Of a stretch of 64,000 nt of DNA, positions 49,856-63,028 are shown piece after piece. The notes below the pieces were generated by a model, which saw nothing but the letters and a program-made list of their open reading frames with translations, was not told where the DNA came from and searched no databases. How positions within the stretch are numbered: position 1 is the stretch's first letter; each line of letters starts with the position of its first letter. Both the position numbers and the translations under genes were made by a program. Source of the DNA: Octopus sinensis (taxonomy: Eukaryota); NCBI RefSeq assembly GCF_006345805.1, contig NC_043025.1, positions 7,378,001 through 7,442,000 on the forward strand. The letters run 5' to 3'.

Positions 49856-51332
49856 TATATATATATATATATACACCAGGCTTTTTTCAGTTTGCATCCA
49901 CCAAATCCACTCACAAGACTTTGGTTGGCCCAAGGTGCTACATAGTGGGACTGAACCCAGAACCATATGGTTGGGAAGTAAGCTTCTTACCACACTGCCA
50001 CTCCTACGTGTTTTGTCATTATTAAGCTGGTGTTTGAACAAAGTTTTGATGGGGGTTTTTAACCCTTTTGGTAGCATATTTCAACAGAAATACACTGTCT
50101 TTGAGTCAATTACTTTTGAAATAATGAAGAATAAGCGCAGGAGTGGCTGTGTGGTAAGTAGCTTGCTAACCAACCACATGGTTCTGGGTTCAGTCCCACT
50201 GCGTGGCATCTTGGGCAAGTGTCTTCTGCTATAGCCCCGGGCCAACCAATGCCTTGTGAGTGGATTTGGTAGACGGAAACTGAAAGAAGCCTGTCGTATA
50301 TATGTGTATGTGTGTGTTTGTTCCCCTAGCATTGCTTGACAACCAATGCTGGTGTGTTTACGTCCCCGTCACTTAGTGGTTCGGCAAAAGAGACCGATAG
50401 AATAAGTACTGGGCTTACAAAGAATAAGTCCCGGGGTCGATTTGCTCGACTAAAGGCGGTGCTCCAGCATGGCCGCAGTCAAATGACTGAAACAAGTAAA
50501 AGAGTAAAAGAATATAATCAGATAATTTTATTTTTGGTGGATTTGGTAGACGGAAACTGAAAAGAAGCCTGTCGTATATATGTATATATATATAGATATA
50601 TATATATATTATATATGTAGGAGTGACTGTGTGGTAAGTAGCTTGTTTACCAACCACATGGTTCCGGGTTCAGTCCCACTGCGCGGCACCTTGGGCGAAT
50701 GTCTTCTACTATAGCCTCGGGCCGACCAAAGCCTTGTGAGTGGATTTGGTAGACGGAAACTGAAAAGAAGCCCGTCGTGTATATATGTATATATATATAT
50801 GCGTGTGTGTGTTTGTGTGTCTGTGTTTGTCCCCCTAGCATTGCTTGACAACCGATGCTGGTGTGTTTATGTCCCCGTCGCTTAGCGGTTCGGCAAAAGA
50901 GACCAATAGAATAAGTACTGGGCTTACAAAAGAATAAGTCCTGGGGTCGAGTTGCTCGATTAAAGGCGGTGCTCCAGCATGGCCGCAGTCAAATGACTGA
51001 AACAAGTAAAAGAGTAAAGAGTAAGAGTATAGAATCTACCAAGAATAGTTTCAGATTGGTTGGTCTCAAAAGGGTTAAATAAAATGGATTTTTAAGTTGG
51101 GAATGTTTTAAAAGGGCAGAAATTCTCTCTTTCTCTTAATTCAGTCATTTGACTGTGGCCATGCTGGAGCACTGCCTTTAGTCAAGCAAATTGACCCCAG
51201 GACTTATTCTTTGTAAGCCTAGTACTTATTCTATCGGTTCTCTTTTGCCGAACCGCTAAGTTACGGGGATGTAAACACACCACCATCGGTTGTCAAGTGA
51301 TGTTGAGGGGACAAACACAAACACACAAACAT

Positions 51333-51369
<37 letters not shown>

Positions 51370-51579
51370 CATAAGACAGGCTTCTTTCAGTTTCCGTCTA
51401 CCAAATCCACTCACAAGGCTTTGGTTGGCCCAAGGCGATAAGTAGAAGGTGCCACGCAGTGGGACAGAACCCGGAACCATGTGGTTGGTAGGCAAGCTAC
51501 TTACCACGCAGCCACTCCTGTGCCTAATTAGTATGATTAATTTCATAATTTACATCACCGGTCTGGAACCCCTATCTTG

Positions 51580-52122
51580 CCCAGGATATTAATCGTCTGG
51601 AAGCCGTTCAGCGACGTTCAACCAAAAGAATACCCTCCATCAGACATTTGCCATATTCTGAACGCCTTACTTCCCTGGGCATGGACACATTGAAACTCCG
51701 ACGTCTGGCAGCTGACTTGGCAGACACCCATAAAATTATCAACCATCTTACAAACAATAACTCTGAGCACCTTTTCAAACTCCACCCGTCTAACACCCGT
51801 GGACATATTTACAAAGTCAGAAAACAGCACAGCTCCCATGACTTTTGGAAACATTTTTTCATGCTGATAGTTGCTGATGTAAGGAACAAACTGCTGGCAT
51901 CAGTTGTTAGTTGTCGGAGCACTGCATCCTTCAAAACTTCCATGCTTCCTGAGATTCACCAACACTACACCTGATTTTCCCCCCTCCATACACACACAAG
52001 CATGTATCTGACTCATACATTGTTTGCTTTCCAGACATGTGTACATTACTGCATATGCTTTATACACACTTTCTAACAAGTTGTGGTGCACCTGAGCAAT
52101 GTATACAATAATTTCATTATTA
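51580..52122 (+). mobile_element. Second CR1/L2-like LINE 3' fragment (unamplified)
   Basis: DINRLEAVQRRSTKRIPSIRHLPYSERL...; same 3' UTR and (ATT)n tail as 41510-43030. Confidence 0.85.
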
Positions 52123-53988
52123 TTATTATTTATACCAGCCTCGCCTGGCCCCCGTGCTGGTGGTGCGTAAAAAGCACCATCCGTCCGTGGCCGTTTGCCA
52201 GACTTGTCTGGCACCACCATCCGTTTGTGGCCGTTGCCAGCGCCGCCCCGGCACGTAAAAAGCACCATCTGGTCGTGGCCGTTGCCAGCCTCGCCTGGCC
52301 CCGTGCCGGTGGCACGTAACAAGCACCATCCGTCCGTGGCCGTTTGCTACCTGTGCGGGTGGCACGTAAAAAGCACCCACTACACTCACGGAGTGGTTGG
52401 CGTTAGGAAGGGCATCCAGCTATAGAAACTCTGCCAGATAAGACTGGAGCCTGGTGCAGCCTCTGGCTTCCCAGACCCCGGTCGAACCGTCCAACCCATG
52501 CTAGCATGGAGAACGGACGTTAAACGATGACGACGATGACGATACATATGTGCCAGTCTCACGTAGAAAGCACCTGTGCCAGTGGGACATAAAAGCACCC
52601 ATTGCTCTCTCAGATTGGTTGGGGTTAGGAAGGGCATCCAGCTGTAGAAACTCTGCCAGATAAGACTGGAGCCTGGTGCAGCCTCTGGCTTCCCAGACCC
52701 CGGTCGAACCGTCCAACCCATGCTAGCACGGAAAACGGACGTTAAACGATGATGATGATGATACAACAGGCTTCTTTCAGTTTCTTTCTACCAAGTTCAC
52801 TCACAAGGCTTTGGTCGGCCCAAGGCTATAAGTAGCAGTGGGACAGAACCCTGGAACCATGTAGTTGGTAGGCAAGCTACCTACCACGCAGCCACTCCTG
52901 CGCCTAATTAGTATGATTAATTTCATACCAACCTAGTTAGAAAGCAGTTTTGTCAAACAATATACGCTAGAATGAAAGAAAAAAAAACAACAAACCAATA
53001 TGCCTGAATAAAAACATCTTGTAGTATTTATTCTGCCAGAATTGCACAGACAATTCCTTGCAACTCATGCCATTGGAAGTAAACATCAGGAACAAGTAAT
53101 TAGCAAGTTCATGCTATTTTATCATAAAATGCTTGTTATATAAAAATGAAATAAATAAATAAATAATTAAAAATTTACAGGTTATGAGTTCTCATAAGGA
53201 TCGGTTCGTTAAATATGTATCCAGTGCCGTCTGAGAAAGGTTAGTAAAACAAAGGGAGATAATTTAGGAGTGAGAAGTGTTGTTAGTGCCATTGGGGCTA
53301 TGACGACTCCTCTGGTGTTGGTGCTATAAAATGTATCCAGTACAATCTGTAAAGTGGTTAATTAAACATGGGGAGATAACTTAGGATTTCAGGGGTGTTA
53401 CCAATCTGCTGAGGGTATAGTAACCTCAGTAGTGTTAGTTCCATAATGATATGTATCCAGTACTCTCTCTCTAAAGTGGTTAGTACACAAGGGAAGAAGA
53501 TAACTTAGAACGAAGAAGTATTGCCAGTTCTGTTGAGGCTATGACAAGGCTCACTATTACCGGTGCCGCAATAAGACTATTGATATTAATACATTCTGTA
53601 AAATAGTTGGTGTTAAGAAGGGAATAGAAACCCCAAAAGGAAACATAAACAAGATATGGTCCCTTGACCTTTCTTGGAGGGCAATATCTCTGATTAAAGA
53701 ATTGAATTGCTACATGATGTCTGTCAAACCCATGCCAGCATGGAAAGCAGACGTAAAATGATAATGAGTATGATGATGAGGATGCAAAAATTATAGGATT
53801 ACGGGGGACACCATGGAAGGTTTCATCATAAAAGGTGTATCTCATAATGTTCATTGGGAAGGTGGGGGGTGGGAAGGGGATTAAGCCAGGAGAGACTCCA
53901 AGAAACACAATCACCCTTTTCTCTCTTCTCTTGTGCCAGACTTTACTCTTCACCGTTTAAACCAGCCACATCCAGCCTAAATATTCTA

Positions 53989-54420
53989 CCAGATCCTGCC
54001 TCTCACACCTACCCTACAATGTCATTCTAAAAATAAATAATCACATCATTGAAATCTCAAAGCTAGAAGATAATGTATGATTAATTCAAAACAAGGCCAG
54101 ATCCTGCCTCTCACACCTATCCTACAATGTCATTCTGAAAATAAACAATCACATCATTGAAATCTCAAAGCTATGAGATAATGCATGATTAATTCAAAGC
54201 AAGGCCAGATCCAGCCTCTCACACCTATCCTACAATGTCATTCTGAAAATAAACAATCACATCATAGAAATCTCAAAGCTATGAGATAATGCATGATTAA
54301 TTCAAAGCAAGGCCAGATCCAGCCTCTCACACCTATCCTACAATGTCATTCTGAAAATAAACAATCACATCATAGAAATCTCAAAGCTATGAGATAATGC
54401 GGGATTAATTCAAAACATGA
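53989..54420. repeat. 108-bp tandem repeat (4 copies)
   Basis: CCAGATCC anchors at 53989, 54097, 54205, 54313. Confidence 0.9.
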
Positions 54421-54800
54421 ATAAATAAGGGTTAAATTTCACAGGATTATCTGAATGCTAAGGGGTTAATATCTTGTCCCACCTAAAGAGTGGGCAGGTA
54501 ATTTAAACTCAGCTATTAATAAAGCATTCTATAATTTCACAGATTTTGCTCTTACAATGGTGATTTATCGATCATTCACTTTGTGCCTTTTTGATGGCCC
54601 CGGCAGACTGAGCTAGTTAGATGTGGTGACAACAAACACATGAAAGGTCAACAAGTGTTAAGATAGGTCACATGATATGCAAATGCTTTAGTTGGGATTA
54701 AAATCCCTTCCTATCTCAGTTTTCTTGTAATTTTCTATTTCAATGATTCATATATATATATGTTATGTATGTGCATATATATTTATACTGGAATGTGTAA

Positions 54801-54829
<29 letters not shown>

Positions 54830-54839
<10 letters not shown>

Positions 54840-57281
54840 CATTAGGAAGGGCATCCAGCTGTAGAAACGTTGCCAAATCAGATTGGAGTCTGGTGCAGCC
54901 TTCGGGCTTCCCAAACCTCAGTTGAACCGTCCAACCCCTGCTAGCATGGAAAGCGGACATTAAATGATGATGATGATGATATATATATATAGGGTATGAT
55001 GGGTAAATTGCCATATTATATTTTTAATTTTGTGCATTGTTTGTTTTTGATTTTGTAGACTACATAGTATAGTAGGGTCAGTTGGGCACCATCTGTGAGA
55101 AAAACAGCACCATGACGCATTTCACTCTGCCAGAAATTTGGAAACGACATGCTGTACTGCTTGGCATTCATGCCAGAAACTCCAATGCAAACACTTCAGA
55201 GTGTTTGGGTGTCAATCTGAGGAAATGTATCAAGAGTGGTAAAAATCAAACATCCAGTCAACATCATGGTGTTTGGAATGATCACTAGTGATGGCGACGT
55301 TATTCCTCCATTCATCTTCCCACACGGCCTCAGACTCAACATGGAGGCCTACATTAAGTGCCTGGAGGAGGTAGCGCGGCCCTTGGTCAAGAGTGGCTGC
55401 TGGAAGATCCTATGTCTGGTAGCAGGACTCTGCACCATTCCACACAAGCAGGAGAACCCACTCATGACTGTCAGACAATTTCTGTGACCACATCACCCCT
55501 AACACCTGATCACCTAACTTCCCAAACTGCAACCCCCTTGATTATTATGTGTAGGGCGCAGTTGAGCGAGGGACCGACAAAACTCCTTGTAACACCAAAG
55601 ATGAACTGCAGGCAAGAATGATGGCTGCATTCACCAACTTAAACAAGGAGACCACCCAGAAGAGTTGCAGGAGATTCTGAAGTCGTTTGGAGGCTGAGCT
55701 TGAAGCCAATGGTGATTTTATTGAATAAATTTACTCTTTAGTATTTCAAGACATTTTTATGTAATTTTGGTAAATATATCTGTTAAAATGAGATGTCAGC
55801 GTTATTTTCATTTTTGTGTAATTTAGATGACAGTTTATTCACTTATGTAAATCTCTCTCTCTATATATATATATCGAAAATCAAAAATCAAAATCGAAAT
55901 CGTTCAACATCAATGGAAATTGTAGCTGTGATACCAGTGCCGGTGGCACATAAGAGAACCATCCGAACGTGGCTGTTGCCAGCGCTGCCCCGACTGGCCT
56001 CCGTGCCGGTGGCACGTAAAAAGCACCATCCGATCGTGACCGTTTGCTAGCCTCGTCTGGCACCTGTGCAGATGGCACGTAAAAAGCACCCACTACACTC
56101 TCAGAGTGGTTGGCGTTAGGAAGGGCACCCAGCCGTAGAAACACTGCCAGATCAGACTGGGTCTGGCGCAGCCTACTGGCTTCCCAGACCCCAGTTGAAC
56201 CTTCCAACCCATGCTAGCATGGAAAACGGACGTTAAACGATGATGATGATGATTATATATATATATATACATTAGGAAGGGCATCCAGCTGTAGAAACGT
56301 TGCCAAATCAGATTGGAGTCTGGTGCAGCCTTCGGGCTTCCCAAACCTCAGTTGAACCGTCCAACCCCTGCTAGCATGGAAAGCGGACATTAAATGATGA
56401 TGATGATGATATATATATATAGGGTATGATGGGTAAATTGCCATATTATATTTTTAATTTTGTGCATTGTTTGTTTTTGATTTTGTAGACTACATAGTAT
56501 AGTAGGGTCAGTTGGGCACCATCTGTGAGAAAAACAGCACCATGACGCATTTCACTCTGCCAGAAATTTGGAAACGACATGCTGTACTGCTTGGCATTCA
56601 TGCCAGAAACTCCAATGCAAACACTTCAGAGTGTTTGGGTGTCAATCTGAGGAAATGTATCAAGAGTGGTAAAAATCAAACATCCAGTCAACATCATGGT
56701 GTTTGGAATGATCACTAGTGATGGCGACGTTATTCCTCCATTCATCTTCCCACACGGCCTCAGACTCAACACGGAGGCCTACATTAAGTGCCTGGAGGAG
56801 GTAGCGCGGCCCTTGGTCAAGAGTGGCTGCTGGAAGATCCTATGTCTGGTAGCAGGACTCTGCACCATTCCACACAAGCAGGAGAACCCACTCATGACTG
56901 TCAGACAATTTCTGCGACCACATCACCCCTAACACCTGATCACCTAACTTCCCAAACTGCAACCCCCTTGATTATTATGTGTAGGGCGCAGTTGAGCGAG
57001 GGACCGACAAAACTCCTTGTAACACCAAAGATGAACTGCAGGCAAGAATGATGGCTGCATTCACCAACTTAAACAAGGAGACCACCCAGAAGAGTTGCAG
57101 GAAATTCTGAAGTCGTTTGGAGGCTGAGCTTGAAGCCAATGGTGATTTTATTGAATAAATTTACTCTTTAGTATTTCAAGACATTTTTATGTAATTTTGG
57201 TAAATATATCTGTTAAAATGAGATGTCAGTGTTATTTTCATTTTTGTGTAATTTAGATGACAGTTTATTCACTTATGTAAA

Positions 57282-57314
<33 letters not shown>

Positions 57315-57691
57315 CGAAAATCAAAAATCAAAATCAAAATCGTTCAACATCAATGGAAATTGTAGCTGTGATACCAGTGCCGGTGGCACATAAGAGAACC
57401 ATCCGAACGTGGCCGTTGCCAGCGCTGCCCCGACTGGCCTCCGTGCCGGTGGCACGTAAAAAGCACCATCCGATCGTGACCGTTTGCTAGCCTCGTCTGG
57501 CACCTGTGCAGATGGCACGTAAAAAGCACCCACTACACTCTCAGAGTGGTTGGCGTTAGGAAGGGCACCCAGCCGTAGAAACACTGCCAGATCAGACTGG
57601 GTCTGGCGCAGCCTACTGGCTTCCCAGACCCCAGTTGAACCTTCCAACCCATGCTAGCATGGAAAACGGACGTTAAACGATGATGATGATG

Positions 57692-57720
<29 letters not shown>
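54830..57720. repeat. Near-identical 1430-bp tandem duplication (family C pieces plus deleted DD37D transposon, 54990-55850 and 56420-57280)
   Basis: ATTAGGAAGGGCATCC at 54841 and 56271; copies differ by a handful of substitutions and (TA)n length. Confidence 0.92.
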
Positions 57721-57725
<5 letters not shown>

Positions 57726-58054
57726 GATTTGATAGACTGAAACCAAAAGAAGTCCATTGTACATGTATGTATGTATATGTGTATGTGAACGGGTCTTCTT
57801 GTCTTAACACAATGTGACTGTTTTAGATAAGTGTCACTGTCAAATAAGCGTCCTTTGCTTCCAATATTCTCAGAAAAGATTGCGTTACCTGGAAACAGGT
57901 GAGAATTGGTGACAGGAACAATATCAGTTCATAGAATACCAGCTTCAACGAACCCTGTCCAACCCATGCAAGCATATAAAACTGGACATTAGAATGACGA
58001 TGATGCTTACATATCTATCTATCCGTCTATCTACCTTTATATATAGAAAATAAT

Positions 58055-58101
<47 letters not shown>

Positions 58102-58183
58102 CCCAATAATAAAAGGGTAAAATTAATTAATTATTAATTCATTTTACCAAGTAGTGTTCAGTATGTAAAAAGACCATTTACGG

Positions 58184-58483
58184 TATATATAAAACATTAC
58201 GTTATATAATTAGGGTTCAGTAAAATAATTTACTTTACCACACACTGAACTTTTAGAAATAGCAGCCCAAAAATCTTAGCTATTTCTTCTACTCTAAGAA
58301 AAGACTTCCAGACAATGTATATTCAAAAATAACTCTATACCTGCATGAGTTATTTTTGAGTATACATTGTCTGGGAGTCTTTTCTTAGAGTAGAAGAAAT
58401 AGCTAAGATTTTTGGGCTGCTATTTCTAAAAGTTCGGTGTGTGGTAAAGTAAATTATTTTACTGAACCCTAATTATATAACGT

Positions 58484-58498
<15 letters not shown>
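58184..58498. repeat. Foldback/MITE hairpin: ~152-bp arms, 11-nt loop
   Basis: 58184-58335 is the reverse complement of 58347-58498 with three mismatches. Confidence 0.92.
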
Positions 58499-58550
<52 letters not shown>

Positions 58551-59385
58551 AGTGCTGCCTCGACTGGTTCCAGTGCCGGTGGCACGTTAAAAGCACCAAC
58601 CGATCATGGCCGATGCCGGACCCCCCTGGCACCTGTGCAGGTGGCATGTAAAAAGCACCCACTACACTCGCGGAGTGGTTGGCGTTAGGAAGGGCATCCA
58701 GCTGTAGAAACTCTGCCAGATCAGACTGGAGCCTGGTGCAGCCTTCTGGCTTCCCAGACCCCGGTCGAACCGTCCAACCTGTGCTAGCGCGGAAAACGGA
58801 CGTTAAACGATGATGATGATGATGATACACACACACACACACAGAAAATAATACATGTTAGGAGGTGCATGGCTTAGTGGCTAAGGTGCTGGATTCATGA
58901 CTCTAAGATTGTGGTTTCATTTCCTTTACTGGGCAATGCTTGTGTTCTTGAGCAAAACACTTCACTACAGGTTGCTCCAGTTCACTCAGCTGGCAAAAAT
59001 GAATAATACTCTGATGGGCCAGCATCCCTTCCAGGGAGGAATACATATGCCATGGTGTCAGAGGAAACGGGCCTTATGAGTTTAAGGGCAGGGAAGGAAT
59101 GTTGGTCCTTTTTGATGTATGTTGGTAGGTATGCATGTATTATGTATATGTGTATGCATCTATGTATTTCTGAAACTATACACATATATATATGTGTGTG
59201 TAAACAAACTTATAAGCGCCACATGTGTCAGTAATCTACAGAAAATAAAAGTATTTGCAAATGCAAGAAAGCTGTGAGGACAGCTTAGAGAATCAGTTAA
59301 ATACCCTTTATGAGCTGGATAAATGTAGCCAGTAAGCTTGCGCAGAGTTCGATTCCTGGTGGAGGCTTTCTGGCTGCTTTTTCCG

Positions 59386-59393
59386 TATGTATG

Positions 59394-59454
<61 letters not shown>

Positions 59455-59458
59455 TATG

Positions 59459-59512
<54 letters not shown>

Positions 59513-59614
59513 ATATAATGTATATATATATGTATATTTATATATATGTATATATATATATATATTATATATATATATATGTATATATATATATGTTTAT
59601 ATATATATATATAG

Positions 59615-59666
<52 letters not shown>

Positions 59667-59716
59667 TATGTATATATAATATATGTATATATATATATGT
59701 TATATATATATATATG

Positions 59717-59752
<36 letters not shown>

Positions 59753-59781
59753 TATATATATATATATATTATATATATATG

Positions 59782-59829
<48 letters not shown>

Positions 59830-59882
59830 ATATATATATATATGTTTATATATATGTATATATATATGTATATATATATATA

Positions 59883-59953
<71 letters not shown>

Positions 59954-59994
59954 GTATGTATGTATATGTATATGTATATGTATATATATATATA
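59386..59994. repeat. ~600-bp (TA)n microsatellite
   Basis: Begins a few nt after the TMEM260 stop codon. Confidence 0.95.
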
Positions 59995-59997
59995 ATA

Positions 59998-62043
59998 CTA
60001 AGTTGTTTTGGTAACTTTGTCACGGATCTGCCTGCCATATCTCTTCAATGAACGGATAGCATCCACAATGTTTTGCAGCTGGTCATCTTCCGGTTTGCTG
60101 TCCACATAGAACTGAAGATGGTAGATGCTCTTCTTCAGCAGCAGATCCTTGTCCACCGTGTGTTCAATGTTCAAAAGCTTCGTACAGACCAGCGCGTAGT
60201 TCTTGTGCCAAAACGGTGGGAAGTCATCATGCCAGCTGATGGCATCGCTGTATACTTGATACGCAAGCAGGAACAGCTTCTTCTTCTCCTTCACGTTCTT
60301 GTTCAGTTCAGCAGTATCGTACATGTGTAATGCCATACCAATTTTCGCGTTCCACATCTCATCAGTGGCGACCTTTTCCCAAGATGTCTCAGCAAACCCA
60401 GTGTAAGAGTGGGTCCAGTTGAAAGCGACGTAACCGGTCTGGCGGACCCATTTTTTCAGCACCATGTGTTCCTTCTTTTGGACGAACTGCGAGCACACAC
60501 CAAAAGGCCATAACTTGTAACTCTTTTTCCATGAGGGCTCATATTCTTGCACCCCTATACAAGCAAATATTGGCCCGTTTGCGTAATTAACGTTGAGGAA
60601 TTTGGCAAAAGTGAACGATCTTCGACCATCTGGATGCCGCTTGTTTTTCAAATGCAAGAAATCCCCCGGAAAATCAATACGGTTATGATGTTTGCGTAGC
60701 ATGGGCAAAGCCCATTCATACGTTAGCAGTTCTTGGTCGAAAAGCTTCAGGTCTGATCTGACGTTTTTGCAGAAATGTAAATAACCGAAAGTTGCCGATG
60801 ATAAGTCTCCTCTTGTGAGAACGGTGGAATTTGGTGGGAAGCTGCGCAGGACGGTGTTGCTGAAGTCATGGACCACCGTCGCGTTGCTTTTGTTGCAGTA
60901 GGTGAAGTTGCGGTGGACTTGAAAGACCAAGAGGATCATCGAGGAAAAGAAGAACATACGTCTGAAGAAAGAAGACTTGATCTGGTTGTTGAGGTCCCCG
61001 TAGGTGAGAGAGGCCAGAAACACAAGCACCATGCTGGCCTGCATCCAGAAGCGCTCAACAACGCCGAGAAACAGGGGGTTGTTTATGTTGAGGTTAGCCC
61101 TCCACGAGAAAAACACCAGGTATGACACAAACATTAACAGATGCACAAGGGCGCAGCTGTATCCGGTGTACAGGCGGCGCACGATGGACCACACGGACAT
61201 ACCAAACAAGATGATGGCAACTGGAGTTAGAGTAAACCACTCGTGGATCATATAGAATTTTAGCCCCGTTATGAGACCGAGCCCTACTTCGTCCTTTCCC
61301 AGACTAAACGTACCATATTCTGATCGCATTAGATGAGTCCAGAACCCCGTTATGGTCCGCTGGTCACCCCAAGTCCATTTTGCTACATTCAGGTGTGCAC
61401 TTATAGGTAGGTACAAGTATGGCAAAAGACCAAGAATGAAGGGAACCAAAAGGGAGAATAAATTAGTCAGACGGAAGAGACCAGCCAGGTATAATTTAAA
61501 TATCACCCAAGGGATGAGGTAGAGGAGATAGATAAAGGATGTGTGCTGGTTGCACAGGCACAAGGCACTAACAAATGCCCCGATGCGAGCTAACCTTAGT
61601 TTTCTAGCCGGTTGTACAGCATTTTCTAGCATGAAGCTGAGGCAGGTGAGAATTGATAGGAATAAGTTGTTCAAGGAAAACACTTCTGCTGTTACAGACC
61701 AATTCCATGTTAGCCGGTTCACCGAGAATAGCGCAACGGCAAGCAAAGCGGCTGAAGGCTGACCAGTCTCTTTGAGAATTGTGTGTGAAAGAACGCCGCC
61801 GGTCAGTGCAGAAAAGGTGGCCGTTAGAACGTTTGCCCTCCAAGCAGGCGACCGATAGCTACAGCATTTAACGGCGAGGCTGGTCAGCATGGTGAATAGG
61901 GGGTATCCCGGAGGGTGGGAAACCCCAAACTGACAAGCAGAGGAGAGCAGTTCTCCGGTGTCACCCCCAGAAATGTCTGGATAGAGTGTTTTGATATACA
62001 GAGAAAGCAAGCCAATTGCCACGGTAATTGAAAAATAATCCAT
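59998..62043 (-). CDS. TMEM260: TMEM260 protein O-mannosyltransferase (DUF2723), 681 aa, single uninterrupted ORF
   Basis: Motifs [74 protein letters not shown] are collinear with recalled human TMEM260 over its full length. The Asp of GGD (human D52) is retained. A possible acceptor 20 nt upstream of the ATG suggests a further 5' exon. Confidence 0.96.
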   Translation of the reverse strand: MDYFSITVAIGLLSLYIKTLYPDISGGDTGELLSSACQFGVSHPPGYPLFTMLTSLAVKCCSYRSPAWRANVLTATFSALTGGVLSHTILKETGQPSAALLAVALFSVNRLTWNWSVTAEVFSLNNLFLSILTCLSFMLENAVQPARKLRLARIGAFVSALCLCNQHTSFIYLLYLIPWVIFKLYLAGLFRLTNLFSLLVPFILGLLPYLYLPISAHLNVAKWTWGDQRTITGFWTHLMRSEYGTFSLGKDEVGLGLITGLKFYMIHEWFTLTPVAIILFGMSVWSIVRRLYTGYSCALVHLLMFVSYLVFFSWRANLNINNPLFLGVVERFWMQASMVLVFLASLTYGDLNNQIKSSFFRRMFFFSSMILLVFQVHRNFTYCNKSNATVVHDFSNTVLRSFPPNSTVLTRGDLSSATFGYLHFCKNVRSDLKLFDQELLTYEWALPMLRKHHNRIDFPGDFLHLKNKRHPDGRRSFTFAKFLNVNYANGPIFACIGVQEYEPSWKKSYKLWPFGVCSQFVQKKEHMVLKKWVRQTGYVAFNWTHSYTGFAETSWEKVATDEMWNAKIGMALHMYDTAELNKNVKEKKKLFLLAYQVYSDAISWHDDFPPFWHKNYALVCTKLLNIEHTVDKDLLLKKSIYHLQFYVDSKPEDDQLQNIVDAIRSLKRYGRQIRDKVTKTT

Positions 62044-62966
62044 CTCTGGATTCCTTTTTTTTGCTTGTTGAAAACAACAATAATGATAATAATAATAATG
62101 ATGATAATAATAATGATAATAATAACAATAATAATTTCAAATTTCGGCACAAGACCAGAACAATAATATTAATAATAATAATAATACTGTTGATATGTTA
62201 GACAGAGAAAAAAAAAACAGAAAAGAAAATGTGTTGTTAAGTTGTTAATTAGAGTCGAGAGAATTTGTGGTAATTAGTATAAACTAATTAACTATCATTA
62301 AAATAAAGTTTGCAATGTTTCTCAGATGGATCATTGCTTCTCAAAGTACAGTAAGATATTTTTTCTTATTCCATTCACAGTAACTGTGTTTTATCAGGTG
62401 GATAAAACTTGTTTTTTTACCGAAATTCTATCTGTATTTCTTCCAGTTTCTCACATTTCTGACATATTCTGATTATCGGTGATAATACTGACGTATGTAA
62501 ATATTACAGAGCTTCAACGAGTTTTTTCTGAGATGCTACAGCAAATTAAAAAGCGAGGGTCAGATATCCCCAAAATTCAGTTACCCTGGCAATCATCTGG
62601 TTCTGTGATGCCAGATAGGAGTGAATATATTCTGTGTGTGTGTGTATAGTATATGTATGTATGTATGTATGAGTGTGTGTGTGTGTATATATATAAATTT
62701 CAAAATGTGACCGCGTTTGTACCGTTGGCGATTTTTTTTCCTCTGTCTTCCCTTCTCTGGATCTTTCTTTTTCTTATGTTTCCGACGAAGAGCTCCGCTC
62801 GAAACGTTAAACCCTCCTTCTTTCCTGAGCGTCCAATAATACTACATTTGTTCCACGTCCTCGCGTTGTTGTGTTTTTTCGTGCTTTCTTGTTTGGATTA
62901 ACTTTATAAATATATATATATATATGTATGTATGTATGTATCTATGTATATATTAATAGTGTGTGG

Positions 62967-63028
<62 letters not shown>

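Noticed and set aside
59310-60051. YI-repeat ORFs
   Set aside because: (TA)n microsatellite.
59998-62043. Bacterial horizontal transfer origin for the intronless DUF2723 gene
   Set aside because: Motifs are collinear with animal TMEM260 along the whole length, including the luminal C-terminal region.
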